From Chiloscyllium plagiosum (taxonomy: Eukaryota): a stretch of 64,000 bases of DNA. The stretch is taken from assembly GCF_004010195.1 (NCBI RefSeq), contig NC_057734.1, positions 44,961,605 through 45,025,604 of the forward strand. The letters run 5' to 3'. The notes under the pieces are model-generated. The model did not search any database and was not told where the DNA came from. It saw nothing but the letters and a program-made list of their open reading frames with translations. A program made the translations under genes and the position numbers. The first letter of the stretch is position 1, and each line of letters starts with the position of its first letter. This document shows, piece by piece, positions 12,753 to 26,704 of the stretch.

Positions 12753-13902
12753 GTGAGACTTTTATGTACAAATATTACATGTTCAATATATTTGGATTTA
12801 ACCTAATATCACCCTGAATTTCAGAACGATGCAGTTTATTGACTTACCTGAATCCCTATTTTGCTTCTTATTCTGTGACATTTCTATCCTCTTCTGAAGG
12901 CAGAGTTCTGCTTGATGCAAATGTCCAAGCAGCTACAGCCATCCAATTGAAGTTATATTTTGAAATGCATAAACTCTCTATCATTGAGTGTTTCTTTGGG
13001 AGGCCTCATATCTTTTTTCAATCTTGTCCCTTGATGTTTAAATGCACATTGTTAGGATGTGTAGGTGTTTGTGAGATGGGCATCACAATTGACACAATCT
13101 CTAGCTGGAGGTCCCAGTAGGTATTGTGAATCTTGGTACAAACTCTGGAAAGATAGTTCCAGTTACCCAAAATATAAGTTGCACAGTAATTATTTAAAGT
13201 CTATAGATCAATAAAACATTCAACAAACAAAGTCATACTGGACTCACATGTTAACTCTTTGTCTCTCCACAGATGCAGCCAGGTGTACTGAGTTTCTCCT
13301 GTTTTTTAAATTTTAGATTTCCAACATCCTCATTATATAAAATGTACCAAGATGTTTCACGTGAAGCACTGTAAAACAAAAAAGTCATATAATGTTCTGC
13401 CATGACCAAAAGCTTATTTAAAGAGGCAGGTTTTTAAGGAGTGTCTTAAATGAGGACAGTATGTTAAAGACAATGTGATGGCCTTATTAAAATTGGAAAT
13501 GGACAATATTCTGAATTAGAGGAGCATAGATATGAACCTTGTGAAGGTGGAAGAGACCAGAGAGGGAGAAGAGGCCATGGGAGGATTTGTAAACTAGGAT
13601 GAGAATTTTAAAGTTAAAACGTTTCACTGGGAATGGGTGATAAAGCAAATTAAACTTGCTATGAGTTTAGCACAGGCAGCAGCATTTTTACAGAAAATTG
13701 TATGTGGGATATAATCTCTGAAGTGCATTGAAAACACTAGACTTAAAAGCATAACTATGAGTTTCAGAAACAGATAAGCTGTTGTAGAAGTGGAAATAGA
13801 TGATCTTGGGTAATGTTACAAACTTTTTCTACACCAGTTTTAGTTTTTAAGTCTGACATTAGTAATGTAGATCTAACTGCAAATTTGTTTTTAAATTTAC
13901 AG

Positions 13903-14028
13903 ACAGCTTTATGTGAGAGTGAGAAGAAGAGGTTAGAAGAACAAAAGATACACTTTCCAATCTGGGCAATGAGGAAAGATCCACCAGCTGAATGGCAGCT
14001 GCCCCTAAGTGACAAAGAAGAGGAATAG
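13903..14028 (+). CDS. C22orf39: C22orf39 coding exon 3 (terminal)
   Basis: TTTACAG acceptor. TALCESEKKRLEEQKIHFPIWAMRKDPPAEWQLPLSDKEEE*. Spliced total 105 aa. AATAAA at 14083 and 14290. Confidence 0.92.
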   Translation, partial: TALCESEKKRLEEQKIHFPIWAMRKDPPAEWQLPLSDKEEE

Positions 14029-15875
14029 TTGAAGTTGATCATATCTCGGATCACAAATGGCCAGATAGTCAGCAGGTGGTGCAATAAAGCCTTTGTGAGC
14101 ATGTCCGCTTCACTCTACGGTGTCCTATATAACACTGGTTTTAAGGGAATCCAGTTGGAAGCAGTTTTGAGTCTTGAGACTACTATTTAACCTGGATTCA
14201 CTTTATAGGAACTATCTGGGGATGGTAATCAGAATGTTATATAACCATCTGACTGTCACATCCTGTTATGCTGCAGTAAAGGTGTTTTCAATAAATAAAC
14301 TGCCAGCATATTAATTTCATTTTAACTTCAGGTTCTTGTGAATGTTTGTTAGGTCTGTGAGATGCTCAGAGATTTACTTGAAAGGGAGATTGGGTCTTAA
14401 TTTCTTACACAATTTGGGTTGGGAGCTAGGAAGGGAACCAATGCCAAAAAGGACACCAGTGCTGATTTCACTTGGAAAAACTGTTTTGGATGTGGGCTGA
14501 ACCAAGACCAGGCACCGTTATTGATTCAACAGGGAGTACAAAACCAGAGGAAGCTTTTAAGCTCATGCACAAATTGCAAACTGTCATAGTTGTGAGGCAA
14601 CAATTTATCATAAAAATACATTCCTTATTGTAATCATTCTGATAAGAACAATATTTCTCTTTGTTTATTCCCAGAACGAAGAAGTCAATGGTTAGGCCAT
14701 CAGTTATTGTCCAAAGAATAGTTCAATCAATCCCTTTTGTTGTGGATCTGGAATCACAAGTAGGCCCTGACTAGGGGTATGGGTTGCAGATTTACTTCCC
14801 TAAAAGGTTATTAGTGAACCTGACAGCTTTTATTTTAATGACAATTGACAGTAGTTACATGGCTGCTATTAGGCTAGTTTTGTTTTTTGTGTTCTAGATT
14901 TTATTGAATTCCAATTTAACCATCTTGCATGATAGGAATGAAACTTATGTCCCCAGAACATTAGGCTGGGGTCTGGATATTTACTCCAGGAACATTATAT
15001 CACTGCTTTCCTGGATTTAATTAAATATAAATAAAATATACCTGCTAAATAAAGGAATATTCATCATAACTTTATGAAACAACTGCTGGTAGTCTAAATA
15101 ATATCTCAATTGTTTTTAATGATCTGACATGAAAATTTGAATAGAATTCTGACAAGGATAAATATATTGGCTAACATCATCCCTTAATATTACTAATTCT
15201 TTTCCCAAAGCTATTCAAACAATATGTCCACATCTAACCCTAATATACCTTAAGTCACACTTGCACAATCATATGTAAAACAAAATGATACTTTAATATT
15301 TTAATCTGCAGAAGATTCTGTCTCTCATGGTCCTACCTCAAAATCATTTTTCCAGTATGACTTTAACAGCATAACATAGACACTACTGCTTTTCAGTTAA
15401 TGATGTCCCATCTGTAATACCATTCTTACATCCTGATGACTTCAGAAAAGGGAAAAACACACTGGGTACACCAGAAAATTTGCATGAAGTGACGATTAGC
15501 AACACAATGCAGGCACTGAAAAACACCACATTTCTACAAGTGAAATTTGTAAAGTTAATTTTACTCTGAAAGACTTCAATTTTTTTATTCACTACTAAAG
15601 TCACTTGACTATACTGATAAGGCTAGAACTACAATTTGTAACCTGCACATTGTTACATAGTTGTCCTTGCTATTGCACGGAGGTATTTCTGCTACCTTGT
15701 AACTATCACAAAAGAAATTACAAACTTATAAAACCTAGCATTCTTCCTAGAAACTTGTAAAATGTGTTAAAAATTAATACTGCAAGTGTTGTTTGACATT
15801 TACATGTCAATATTCCCTTTATTTAGAAAAAAATCAGTTTGAAATGCCAAACCACAAGCAAGTATTTAATACATG

Positions 15876-16185
15876 TCATTGTGTGTAGACTTTAGTGATA
15901 TCTCTGTATTTTCCATCAGGTGCTTGGTAGTCAGCAATGGGAGGAGTAAACGTGCATCCTTGCAACTCCAATGGAAAGAGTCCTTGGTCCTGTTTAATGG
16001 CAGCCTGGTACAACTGTTCTGATTCAAGCCGCAGTTCCTGCAGGGCCTGTTGCTGTGCCTTAATCATGGACTGGATCATTTCAGCTTCTCTATCGTGTTC
16101 TTTTTGCTTATAACGTGACCACTCTTTCATCAGAAGTGCTCGCCTCTCACTCTCTTCCATTTTCAACTTAGGAGGATCGCGGACT
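15876..16185 (-). CDS. MRPL40: MRPL40 (mitochondrial ribosomal protein mL40) exon 4, terminal
   Basis: Acceptor CCTACAG. VRDPPKLKMEESERRALLMKEWSRYK...QQQALQELRLESEQLYQAAI...TPPIADYQAPDGKYRDITKVYTQ*. AATAAA on minus at 15818-15823. Confidence 0.95.
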
Positions 16186-18051
16186 CTGTAGGCATCACAC
16201 ACAACAAAACTTTATTTGGGCTCTATATGTGCTTAACTTTTAAAAACATGAATATTCACATTGCGGTTTGAGCTGAACCAATGCAATTTCAACATATGCA
16301 TTCACAAATGTTATTTCTCAGAAATACCATTGAAGTACACTACTACAGATATTTAATTATTTGGAAGTGAAATGACTATTGGGACCAAAATAGTGAACAT
16401 TTAGTGCACAGCAAGGTTCCACAAACAGTGTGTTAAATGACCTGCCAGTCTACTGTTGATTAAGGAAAGACACCAGAATTCATTCAGAAAAGAAATCAAG
16501 CTTTGCATTTGTAAAGTATTTTTCACAAACTTCAGGATGTCTCAAAACAATTTACAACTCATGAAATACTTTTGAAAGGCAGTCACTGTATGAATGCAAC
16601 AGTCAACTTCCACAAACAGCAATGTGATGATAACCAAATAATCTGCTTCAATAATATTAACTGAAGGTAAATACTGGTCAATATTTCAGTGAGAATTCTA
16701 TTTCTATTAATTGAAAAACAAATGAGTAGTTATGCCTTCCTTAAAAATAGTACTAAAAACCGATTGATCATTCAGCTGACTGGAATCTTGTGTACCTTAT
16801 GATCATTGTTACTTGGTTACAATGGACCCTGCATTTTCACTTAATGAATGGACTGAGTGATGCAGAACTTCAAATTATTTTCTTCAAGTTGCCCCTTGGG
16901 AGCAGACAGAGTTTCAGTTGAATGGATTATCTGAAGGGCAGCATCTGAATAGAATACAGCTCTACTGATGTCCCACTGAGCTCAAAGCTGGAAGTCGAGA
17001 TGTACAAAAGTCCTATTTAGTTATAAATTGAGGGTCTGGACCAACTTATCAGTTACTTGTGCCAAACTTCATAGCCATCTGATCTCTGAATTCACTTTTC
17101 TGTCTTCACCTGCACTTACTGCCTAAACCCATCTCATCTAAATACAATATCCTCACTCGATTTGATTTTCCCTCTTTCATCTACACCTTGGACCCATTAT
17201 TCCTCTCTCCTTAGTTCAGGACGTGGATTCATTCAGCTGGAGGAAGATGAACAATGCTGATGGTACAAGACCACTCTTACAAGAAAAAGCGGTCCATGTC
17301 TGAGAATTAACTCTTTCAGCCACACAACAAAACAAATCCAACGCTGAAACACAATTGTTCAGAATGAGTATTTACAACTCACTAAAAGAACAAAAACTCT
17401 AACCAGCCTTTCAACAGTTGGTTCCCAACACTAAAAGAATTTAACCAAATGTTGGGATTATTCACAAAACATGTGCTGTGTTGCAACAAGACTTCTCCAT
17501 ATATAATTATGGATAAAAAGTGAAATTGTATGAGGTATAAATGTCAGGTATTTATTTGGATTTTGCGGGATATTCATTAGCACGGTGATTGATTTTTGTG
17601 TGTGTCAGGTACTTAGTAATGAAAAAGCCTCTTCTACCACCTGCATTGTGAAGCCCAATGTGTGGAATAAATAGATGCTTAAATGTACACTTGTAAGCTC
17701 TGAAAATTTTAACAGTTCAACACGGTGGTTCACTATCACCTTTGATGACAATTAGGGATTGGCAATAAATGTTACCCTTGCAAGCAATGCCCAAATCTCA
17801 GGAGGGAATTTTTTTTTTTTTTTAAAAGTGGCCTTTCCTACAGGCTAACTTTGTCCTAAGCATTGGCATGTATGCCATTTTAAATGTTTAGAAGTTGAAC
17901 TTCTATTTATGTTATGAGTTTAAAATTATTATGAGAAAACAAAACAACCACAAAGGAGCCTAATTTCCTGACCAAACCAGTATATTCAGAGAAGGTCATT
18001 TTGCCTTTTGGAACTATATAATCCTTTAGATTTCTGTCGCATACCACAAAC

Positions 18052-18207
18052 CTTGATTCATCAAGTAACTTCGTTGGAGTGTTAAAATCTTCAATTGGGA
18101 TCAGCTCCGGGGGAACACGTTCCAACTTCTTTAGTCTTTTTCGCAGGCGGTCTCTCGCTGCCTGTTCTCTTTTGGGATCTATTTTCTTCTTTTTCTTGGG
18201 TTCAGCT
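18052..18207 (-). CDS. MRPL40: MRPL40 exon 3
   Basis: TTTTGCAG acceptor, GTTTGT donor, phase 2/2. AEPKKKKKIDPKREQAARDRLRKRLKKLERVPPELIPIEDFNTPTKLLDESR. Confidence 0.93.
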
Positions 18208-18646
18208 CTGCAAAACAATTGCTTGCAACATTGAGGCATTAACATTGGCTACACCTTCCTCGCACAGGTGTCAGTCCGTGGCACAACACCCTTTGATGCA
18301 ATGATTTCAGGATGAGATTCAAAGGGGAGATATAATTTTCATGCCTTTTCAATATTTTGTTTTTATAATGCCCCTTCTGTTCCCAAGCCAAATGCACTGG
18401 TTTTATTCAGCTAACCTGTATGTTTTGCTTTCTGATCTCTGCAAATGAATGAAATTGCTGCAAAGTGATTGACAGCAGGCTGGTTTATATTTTCCATCTC
18501 ATTTCCAAAGATGCATAGTCATTATTTTTCTCTCTCAAAATGGGCCAGGTTAGAACCCTTAAATAAGTTAAACGTGCATCATTTTAGATTTCCAGCAACC
18601 TCAGAATTTTACATTATTACAGAGCAATATTAGTTATTTCACAGAA

Positions 18647-18970
18647 TAGAATAGAATCCCTTCAGTGTGGAAACAGCCCATTTGGCCCAACAAGTCTACA
18701 CCAACCCTCCGAAGAGTAACCCACCCCAAACTCATTCCCCTAGCCTATTTGTCTGTATTTACCCCTGACTAATGCACTTACCCTACACGTCCCTGAACAT
18801 TGTGGGGAATTTAGCATGGTCAGTTCACACAACCTGCACATCTCTGGATTGTGGGAGGAAACTGGAACACCTGGGAGGAAACCCTTGCAGACACGGAGAA
18901 TTTGCCTGAGGCTGGAATCGAATGTGGGTCCTTGGCGCTGTGAGGCAGCAGGGCTAGCCACTGTGCTGTC
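18647..18970 (-). mobile_element. HE1/V-SINE-like SINE
   Basis: Reverse complement of the same head/core/tail as 4556-4900. Confidence 0.85.
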
Positions 18971-19279
18971 CTACTTCAGTTATTCTTCAGAATCTAATGT
19001 GCAAAGTATACTTTTTTTGTACTAATTTATCCATTCAAACACTAACTACTGAAGGTGATGATTCAGGCAGCTTTAATGATTTCAAACTTGACAAATAGAA
19101 ACTCATACATAGATTCTTCTTCACTGAATGTTTTTGCCTATTATTTAGGTGTTTATTATTCAGGTATTTATTCAAGAGTTACCTTTAATGTAATAAAGTG
19201 TCCCAGGGCATTTCACAGGGAAAGGCAGTAGTAGTAATCACTACTAATGAAGAAGTTAAATTGATAAATCTGAATTAAG

Positions 19280-22270
19280 AAGCGGTCTAATGGTGATCAT
19301 GGAACCACTCTTGTTTGTTGTTAAAAACCCATCCGGTTCACTAATGTCCTTCAAGGAAGTATGTTCTGCTGTCCTTACCTGGTTTGTTTATATTTCACTC
19401 CAGACCCACAGCAAGTGGCTGACTCATAACTGCCTTCTGAAACAATGTGGCAAGTCACCAATTGTATCAAATTGCTACAGACTCGAATGAAAGGAATGAA
19501 CGCAGTTGGATGACACAGCATTAACCTGGATGCCAGAAACAACAATGGCAAGTAGAATCCTATTGACCCTGCAAAGTCCTCCTTGCTAACATCCAATGGC
19601 TTGTGACAAAATTGGGTAAGCTGACCCACAGATTGGCCATGTAACAGTCTGATATAGTGATAGGCACCGAATCTCATCTTACAACATCCCAGACAATCCA
19701 CTCATGTTCCACCAACAGGACAGACCAGAGTTTGATGTCACAGTAGTATACACTCAGGAGGGAGTTGTCCTGGGAGCCCTCAACATTAATTCCAGACCCC
19801 AACATCATGACAAACATGGACAAAGGAACCTCCTAATTACCTCCTACTGCATGAGCACTAACTGAAAGAAGCACGGAGGGTAGCAAACTCACAGAAAGTA
19901 CTCCGGATGGGGGACTTCGATGTCCGTGAGAAAGACAGCCTCAGTAGCACCATCACCAATCAGGTTGGCTGAGTCCTAAAGGACACAGTTGCTAGACTGT
20001 GTATGTGGCAGGTACTGTGGGAATCGATAAAAGGGAAAAATCCACGTGTCCTCATTCGCACCAATTTAACTGTTGCAGATGCAGTGGTGTGACCACAATG
20101 TAGTCATTGCGGAGTCTTCATAGTAAGGATACCCTCCATCATGGTGACACTATCTTTGAGCTAAATGGTATATATTTTGAACAGATTTCACAACTTCAAA
20201 CTGGGAATCAGGAGGTGATTGAGGCCTTTAGCAGCAGGATAATTTTGTTTAATCACATTTTGGAGCCTCATGACCTGGCATTCCCCACTCCCAACAATAC
20301 AATTGCTTATAAACCTGGGATCAACTCTAGTTTACTGAAGAATGCAGCAGGGTATGCCAGGAATGTTATCAAACATGTCTAAAAATGAGGAAATAACCTG
20401 GTGAACTCAGGACTATTCTATGCTAAAACAGCAGAATCAACAAACAACAGATAAAGACTGACTCTACGAGTAGTGATACCACAACAACTAGTTCATATCT
20501 AAGCTCTGCAGTGCTGCCACATCCAGCTGTAAATGGTGGTGGACAATTAAAATAACTCATTGGAGGAGGAATAGAGTCACAAATATTCCCATGTTCAATG
20601 ATGGGGAGCCTAGCACATCAGGCCAAAAGACAAGGCCCCAGTATTTGTAACAATCTTCAGTCAGAAGTGCCAAGTGGATGATCCATCTCAGCCTCCTCTA
20701 GAGGTCATCAGCATTATAGGCATTTCAGTTAATTCCATGCAATATCGAGAAATTATTGAAGGTACTGAATATTGTAAAGGCTATGGGGCCTGGCTGCATT
20801 CCAGCATTGGTACTGAAGACACATGCTTCAGACTTAAATGTGACTCTAGTCATGCTGTTCCAGTACAGATATGACACCGACTCTGACCCTACACAGTGGA
20901 AAATTGTCTAGCTTTTCCATGCTGGCAATAAGCAGGATTAGAGTCAAGATTAGAGTGGTGCTGGAAAAGCACAGCAGGCCAGGCAGCATTCGAGGAGCAG
21001 GAAAAATCGACATTTCGGCAGGAGTCCTTCATCGGGAAGTGGACGATTTTCCTGCTCCTCGGATGCTGCCTGACCTGCTGTGCTTTTCCAGGACCAAGCT
21101 AATCTTGACTCTAATCGCCAACATCTGCAGTCCTCACTTTCACCTAATAAGCAGGATGAAACAACCTGGCCAACTACTGCCCTATCAGTTTACACTCAAC
21201 CATCAGCAAAGTGATGGAAGGGATCTTTGGCGGTGCAATCAAGTTCACTTGCCCAGCAGTGATCTGCTCCCTGACGTTCAATTTGGGTTCTACCAGGATC
21301 ACTGAGCTCCAGACCTCATTACAGCCCAGGTCCAAATGTGGTCAGAAGATTTAAACCCAAGAGGTGAGTCGAAAGTGTCTGTCCTTGATATCAAAGTAGT
21401 GTGTTTTTCCTTGGAGCGTCAGAGCCAGAGGGGTGACTTTATTGAGGTTTATAAAATCATGAGGGGCATAATCTTTTCCCTGGGGTGGGGGAGTCCAGAA
21501 CTACAGGGCACAGGTTTAGGGTGAGAGGGGAAGATTTAAAGGGGACCTATGGGGCAGCTTTTTCCACACAAAGGATGGTGCATGTATGAAATGAGCTGCC
21601 AGAGGAAGTAGTGGAGATTGGTACAATTAGAACATAGGCATGTGGACATGTATATGAATAGGAAGGGTTTAGTGGGATATGGGCCAAGTGCTGGCAAATG
21701 AGACTAGATTAATTTAGGATATCTGGTCGGTATGGACGAGTTGGACTGAAGGGTCTGTTTCCGCACTGTATATCTCTATGACCCAATGTGGTACCAAGGA
21801 ACAGTAGCGAAACCGTTCTCAAATGGGAATCCTGGAAAGCATCACTCTGTAGAATCACACTCAGTCCAAAGGAAGATGATTATCTTTCTGGAGGTCAGTC
21901 ATCTCAGTCCCAGAACATCACTACAAGAGTTCCTCAGGCTCTAGATAGTTTCTAATCAACATGTTCAGAGATGCTACTACATACCTCTGGAGCAGGTGGG
22001 ATTTGAACCCAGGCCTTCTGGATCAGAGGCAGGAACACTATACTGCATCACAGGGCCCATACCTTCCTCAAGGTCTAGTGTCCTAGCCCCAACCATCTTT
22101 AGGGACTGGCAAACAAATGCTGGCCAATCAGCAAAACCCACATCCCACAAATTAATGTAAAGAAGCTGCTTTATCAATGATTGCCCCTCCATTATAAAGG
22201 CAAGAAAATGGGATGTTCTCTGATGACTGCACAATGTTCAGCACCAATTGCATTTTCCAAATCAACACAT
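19280..22270 (+). mobile_element. Degenerate L2/CR1-like LINE with nested PLE, CR1-tail and SINE inserts
   Basis: Residual APE/RT-like segments similar to 25760-26270 and 28710-29700. Nested CR1 tail at about 21400-21780. Confidence 0.6.
20939..21145. mobile_element. PLE terminal hairpin insert with 12-bp TSD
   Basis: TSD AATAAGCAGGAT at 20927-20938 and 21146-21157. Imperfect inverted arms of about 70 bp. Confidence 0.8.
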
Positions 22271-22307
22271 GCAGGAAGATCGCAGCTTGTCTTAATATTT
22301 ACTGTAC

Positions 22308-22391
22308 CTCATTGGTAAGGATGCTCTGAGTCCCAAGAGGGATATCTGCCAGTGACTATCCCGAACAGAAGCATTCCATACTGCACGAGGA
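22308..22391 (-). CDS. MRPL40: MRPL40 exon 2
   Basis: CTCTTCCAG acceptor, GTACAG donor, 84 nt, phase 2/2. PRAVWNASVRDSHWQISLLGLRASLPMR, with the PMR junction as in vertebrate MRPL40. Absent from the ORF track. Confidence 0.9.
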
Positions 22392-23179
22392 CTGGAAGAG
22401 AAGGAAAGATATTGTTCTGGGTTTCAGATGAGATCTACACATTTGATTGTTGCTTCAACAAGTCAATACCTCCTAACAGCTGTATCTAACTGAGACAATA
22501 TGAATGGAGAAAATGAAAAACTGGCCCAGGGGAACCCAGGGGAAAAAATGTGACTGCTTTAAGCAATTGTATCTCAACAACATAGTTCTGTCAACATACA
22601 AACACAGATGACACTGGGCTCTGCCCATTCTCTGCCAACAATGTCAAATCCACATTCATTAATGTGTTGTTAGATTACTTGTCTCAATAAGGTAGAACAT
22701 TTCTCTAACAGCAGCAAAGATTATTCAGGCCTAGGCAAAAGTCCAGCATCCCAGTTCCAGTTTCATCTCTCTCTTGCGGTACTTTGCAGTCTCCTGGTTG
22801 ATCTGGAGCTAAGATTCAAACTTTATCCTTTGCCAACAATTATATAACCTCCTCTGCATCACTTGTCCAACTCAATCTGTGCCTTAACCTTCCCTCTTAC
22901 TTTAGTTGCTTGAAGGCTCAGTTCTCATGCTTTGTTCTAAGTCCATCTCTTTTGTTCCACTTTTTATAAACTTGCCTCCCTCTCATCTCCAACAAATTTA
23001 ATAATTCTGTTCTCCTTTAGAATATTCCACTTACTTAGTTCACAGGAAGTCTCATCATTCTTTCCATCCAACAGTGAAAAATCTCGATCCTGAAGCTTCC
23101 TCTCATTACTTACTTTCCCCCCTTCAAAAATCTGCTCAAAAGGGCAGATTTAGGGCAATGAATTCAGGCACCTCCAACA

Positions 23180-23590
23180 GTCATAGAGATGTACAGCATG
23201 GAAACAGACCCTTCGGTCCAACCTGTCCATGCCAACCAGATATCCCAACCCAATCCAGTCCGACGCGGCCTATATCCCTCCAAACCCTTTCTATTCATAT
23301 ACCCATCCAAATGCCTCTTAAATGTTGCAAATAGCCCCAGCCTGTTCAGCCTCTCCCTATAGCTCAAATCCTCCAACCCTGGCAACATCCTTGTAAAACT
23401 TTTCTGACCTTTCAAGTTTCACAACATCTTTCCGATAGGAAGGAGACCAGAATTGCACGCAATATTCCAACAGTGGCCTAACCAGTGTCCTGTACAGCCG
23501 CAACTTGACCTCCCAACTCTTGTACTCAATACTCTGACCAATAAAGGAAAGCATACCAAATGCCTTCTTCACTATCCTATCTACCTATAT
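23180..23590 (-). mobile_element. CR1 LINE 3' fragment
   Basis: LYRTLVRPLLEYCVQFWSP, RMLPGLEDLSYRERL and the 3' tail. Confidence 0.85.
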
Positions 23591-24314
23591 GTCATTGTAG
23601 CTCTCTTGCTACCTCATTCATGGGTTGCCAATTCAAATGCTATTTCAGAGGCATGAGGCAAGAACTCAAGCTGACCATCCAGTGTACTAGTGAAGGAACG
23701 CTGCCTTTTCCATGACAAATTGAGACAGCTGGGCTGAAACTAATGCAAAAAGATGGCACTGATGACTCAACAGGTTATGATCTGAAATAACTGAACTCAA
23801 TGTTCTGAAGGCTGTAAATTATCCAGTTGACAGATGAGTTGCTTTTCCTAATGCATAAGCCTCACTGGAACAATGCAGTAAGTCAAAGGTAGAAATGAGA
23901 GCAAGTGGAATTAAAGTGAAAGGCCACCAAAAGCTGTGGGTCAGACAAAATGGTCACCCAACCTGAATGTTTGGTCTTTCAAATCCACTCAACCCTTGCT
24001 CAAGATCTTGGTTTTCATTGTAGTATGGTAGTACGCTGGCAAGGTCTGCATTTGTTTCCCATTCCTTGTTGCCCTTGACTTAATTGGTTCTCAAGGCCAA
24101 TTCAGAGGCAGTTAAGAGTCAGTCACATTGCTGAGAGTCTGGAGTCACATGCAAGTCTTCTTTTCCTGAACAATCATCGATTTTTATTTTGTCACCACAA
24201 GGTCAGATTTATGGTGAAATTTGAAATCAACATCTACCACAGCAGGATTGAACCCCTGTCCCCAGAAAATTAGTTCTGGATTACTGGACCAGCGAGATGG
24301 GAGACACAGGAGAG

Positions 24315-24657
24315 GTGCTGGCTTAGTGGCATTATCACTAGACTATTAATTCAGAGACCCAGATAGTGTTCTAGCGACCTGGGTTTAAATTCTACCATGG
24401 CTGATGGTAAATTTTGCAACATCTGGTATGGAGAGACTAATAACGACCAAGAAACCATTGTGGATTGTCAGGGAAAAAAAAAGTCTGGTTCACTAATGTC
24501 CTTTAGGGAAAGAAACTGCCATTCTTACCTGATTTGGCCTATATGTCACTTCAGGTCCACAGAAATGTGGTGGACTCTTATCTACCCTCTGGGATGGGTA
24601 ATAAATGATGGCCTAGCCAGAGAAGCCTACATCCCATGAACAAATGAAAAAAAAAAG
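24315..24657 (+). mobile_element. tRNA-derived SINE (second family) with A-rich tail
   Basis: Head GGCTTAGTGG...GGGTTTAAATTC, core CTGGTTCACTAATGTCCTTTAGGGAA, poly(A) end. Related copies on minus at about 14735-15010, 24040-24295 and 53165-53510. Confidence 0.65.
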
Positions 24658-25073
24658 TGACATTCTTACACACCATTGCCTCCATGACAGTTTTCTCCGT
24701 CTGATGAAAGGCCACAGATCTGAAAGGTTAACTCTGCTTCTCTCCTGTTGTATATTTCCAGTATTTTCTGCTTTGATTTCAGATTCGTAACAGTCACAGA
24801 GTCCTATTTCCTGGTTATCTGCTTGCTGTTTGTGAAATCAAGTTGGGCCATATGTGGCACAACCTAAACTTCATCAGTTGTGACTCTTCAATTGGGACTC
24901 CAAAGACTGTGGTGGGCGCTATATAAATGCAAATGATTTCATTTACTTTATGGGCCTTTGCCTACACATGGGCTTGACACTAAAGGCTGGTGAAATGGCC
25001 TCACAATCCTCCCAGAGAGAGGCCACTTCACTGACCCAAAGCCTCTCCCATCCCAAACCTAGTACATACTTAC

Positions 25074-25108
25074 ATCAGGCCAAAGGCCGGCCGCACTCCC
25101 CACGACAT
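25074..25108 (-). CDS. MRPL40: MRPL40 exon 1 (best candidate): MSWGVRPAFGL(I)
   Basis: ATG followed 35 nt later by a consensus GTAAGT donor in phase 2, matching exon 2. Lies in a CpG-rich patch (25080-25290). Composition fits a mitochondrial presequence. Confidence 0.7.
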
Positions 25109-26704
25109 ATTCTCCGTGTGAAGCCAGCACCTCCTCCGCTCACTCCCTCCACCTTTCACCAACCCTCTCAACCCCAGTGCCAGCCTCCGTCTCCACTCAC
25201 ACTCGAGTCATTTTCAGCGACGCACCAGCACCAGCGTTTCATGGTCACGGAAACACGGTCCGACTGGAGTGCAACGTTCATGCAGAATGTTCCGAGTCCA
25301 CCCAAGATTCTCAGCAAAAGCTGGGGTTGTTGCAAAATTGAACTGCTGTTCTTAAGATCATTATGTCAATTATATTATGAACCAGACGATGCTTTTTTGT
25401 TTGGCGAAGCGGTGGCATTTCGATTATGTCACTGGATTTCAAAGTCCCTGACCAATGACTGGGCATAGAAACAGGAAATGCTGGAGAAACTCAGCAGGTC
25501 TGGCAGTGGAGAGAAAACAGAGTTAACGTTTGGAGTCCAACCTATGTTTGCAGTAATTTGTTTTGGGTTTGAATATAAAGTTATGGGTTTGAATCCCACA
25601 CAGTGGATGACAAAATCTGACTTCAATAAGAATATGGAATTAAAAGGCAGCCTAAAATCTCACTTGGTTCACTGATGCCATTTATGGAATTTACTATCTT
25701 TATGCCATGGAGAATATGGGCAAGGAAACATTCTGATTCCCCCACCAGTTGAAGCAGTATTCCTTCAGGTTGACCACCAATTCTATTATGCGTTAGGGAA
25801 CTTCAATACTGATCACAAAGAGTTGGCCTAGCCCAAAAGGACGTAACTGCTAGACTGGGTCTGCCTGAGGTAGTGATGGAAAATGTCAGTGCCAATAGGA
25901 CTGCGCACAGATGCTGTGGACACGAAGTTCCGTTATTACATTGAGTGTACCTTCTATTTTGGCAGTGCTCATTGGGACAGATTTTGAATTGATTGAAACT
26001 GGGTAATCATGAGAGGCCATAACCAGAAGAAGAATTGTATCCAATCCACATGGCCCAGCATATTCTGCCAATACTATCAAGCTGGGAGAGCAGTCCTGGT
26101 TCAATAAAGTCTGCAGGAAGACATGCCAGGAACAATATCAGATATGCCTAAAAATGAGATGAAGCTGTATCACAGGACTACTTGCTTGCCAAGTAGTGGG
26201 TGCAGCATGCAACAGGCAGGAGAACTCCTCTGCAGTTTTGCCAGATCCAGTTGTGACTGGTATTGAATAATTAAACAAGGCAATGTTCTAGTGATATTAT
26301 TAAATGCAAGGGTAAGGGTGTAGGTATTAGTCGGATGCACTTCAGAGGGTCAGCATGGGCTCGATGGGCTGAATAATCTGCTTCCACACTGCAGGACGTC
26401 TATGGAGGCAGCGCAGTGGCTCAGTGGTTAGCACTGCTGCCTCACAGCACTAGGACTGTCGGAGCATCTGTTCACTCTGAGAGTTGGCTCTGAGGGAGAT
26501 GGATCATTGTTAATTCAGTCACAGGATGTCGGCGTTGCTGAGTATTTCTTTCCCATCCTTAATTGCCCAGAGGGCAGTTAAGGATCAACCACTTTGCTGT
26601 GGGTCTGGAATCACATGTAGACTAGACCAGGTAGGAAGGCAGTTCCTTTTCCTAAGGGGCATTCATGAACCAGATGGGCTTTTCCTGATAATCAACAAAT
26701 CACA

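Noticed and set aside
24950-25468. 172-aa plus-strand ORF over the MRPL40 promoter
   Set aside because: Low-complexity, GC-rich, antisense to MRPL40 exon 1, with no recognisable domain.
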